Shown here: piece after piece, positions 63,956 through 64,000 of the stretch
How the letters are laid out: each line of letters opens with the position of its first letter
Position numbering within the stretch: position 1 is the stretch's first letter
NCBI RefSeq assembly: GCF_006345805.1
Contig: NC_042999.1
Location: 137,826,001-137,890,000, forward strand
Length of the DNA: 64,000 bases
Reading direction: 5' to 3'
Source: Octopus sinensis
Taxonomy: Eukaryota
Program-made: the position numbers and the translations under genes
The notes under the pieces: model-generated
Seen by the model: the letters and a program-made list of their open reading frames with translations, nothing else
What the model was told of the DNA's origin: nothing
Databases searched by the model: none

Positions 63956-64000
63956 CTCTGGCCTGCTGTACAGCTATGCAACTTCTACTTCATACCCTTT
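63956..64000 (+). CDS. MPV17: MPV17 coding exon 6 (runs off the window end)
   Basis: Acceptor atctttcag; encodes LWPAVQLCNFYFIPF vs human LWPAVQLANFYLVPL. Confidence 0.95.

Overview
AT-rich, repeat-dense animal genomic DNA. The repeat landscape (RTE LINEs with (GAT)n tails, tRNA-derived SINEs, kb-scale TA arrays) suggests a coleoid cephalopod, probably Octopus; this is an inference. The only host protein-coding gene I can support is MPV17 on the + strand: six coding exons from 35326 to the window end, with intron positions matching human MPV17. The rest is mostly transposable elements: a young 5'-truncated RTE LINE with a PHD-like finger inside its RT, many older RTE copies and solo 3' UTRs, a near-full-length CR1-clade LINE inside TA arrays, a degenerate Gypsy LTR element, a mariner, Merlin-type MITEs plus a Merlin transposase remnant, a non-autonomous Helitron and several SINEs. 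Highlights: (1) a tRNA-headed, hammerhead-ribozyme-tailed element inserted as a Penelope-style inverted pair with a 13-bp TSD in MPV17 intron 1, plus other hammerhead motifs; (2) a Gypsy element whose primer-binding position is complementary to its own LTR, suggesting self-priming; (3) SINEs with a shared core whose tails match either of two LINE families present in the window. All coordinates and alignments were read by eye; no searches or folding programs were run.
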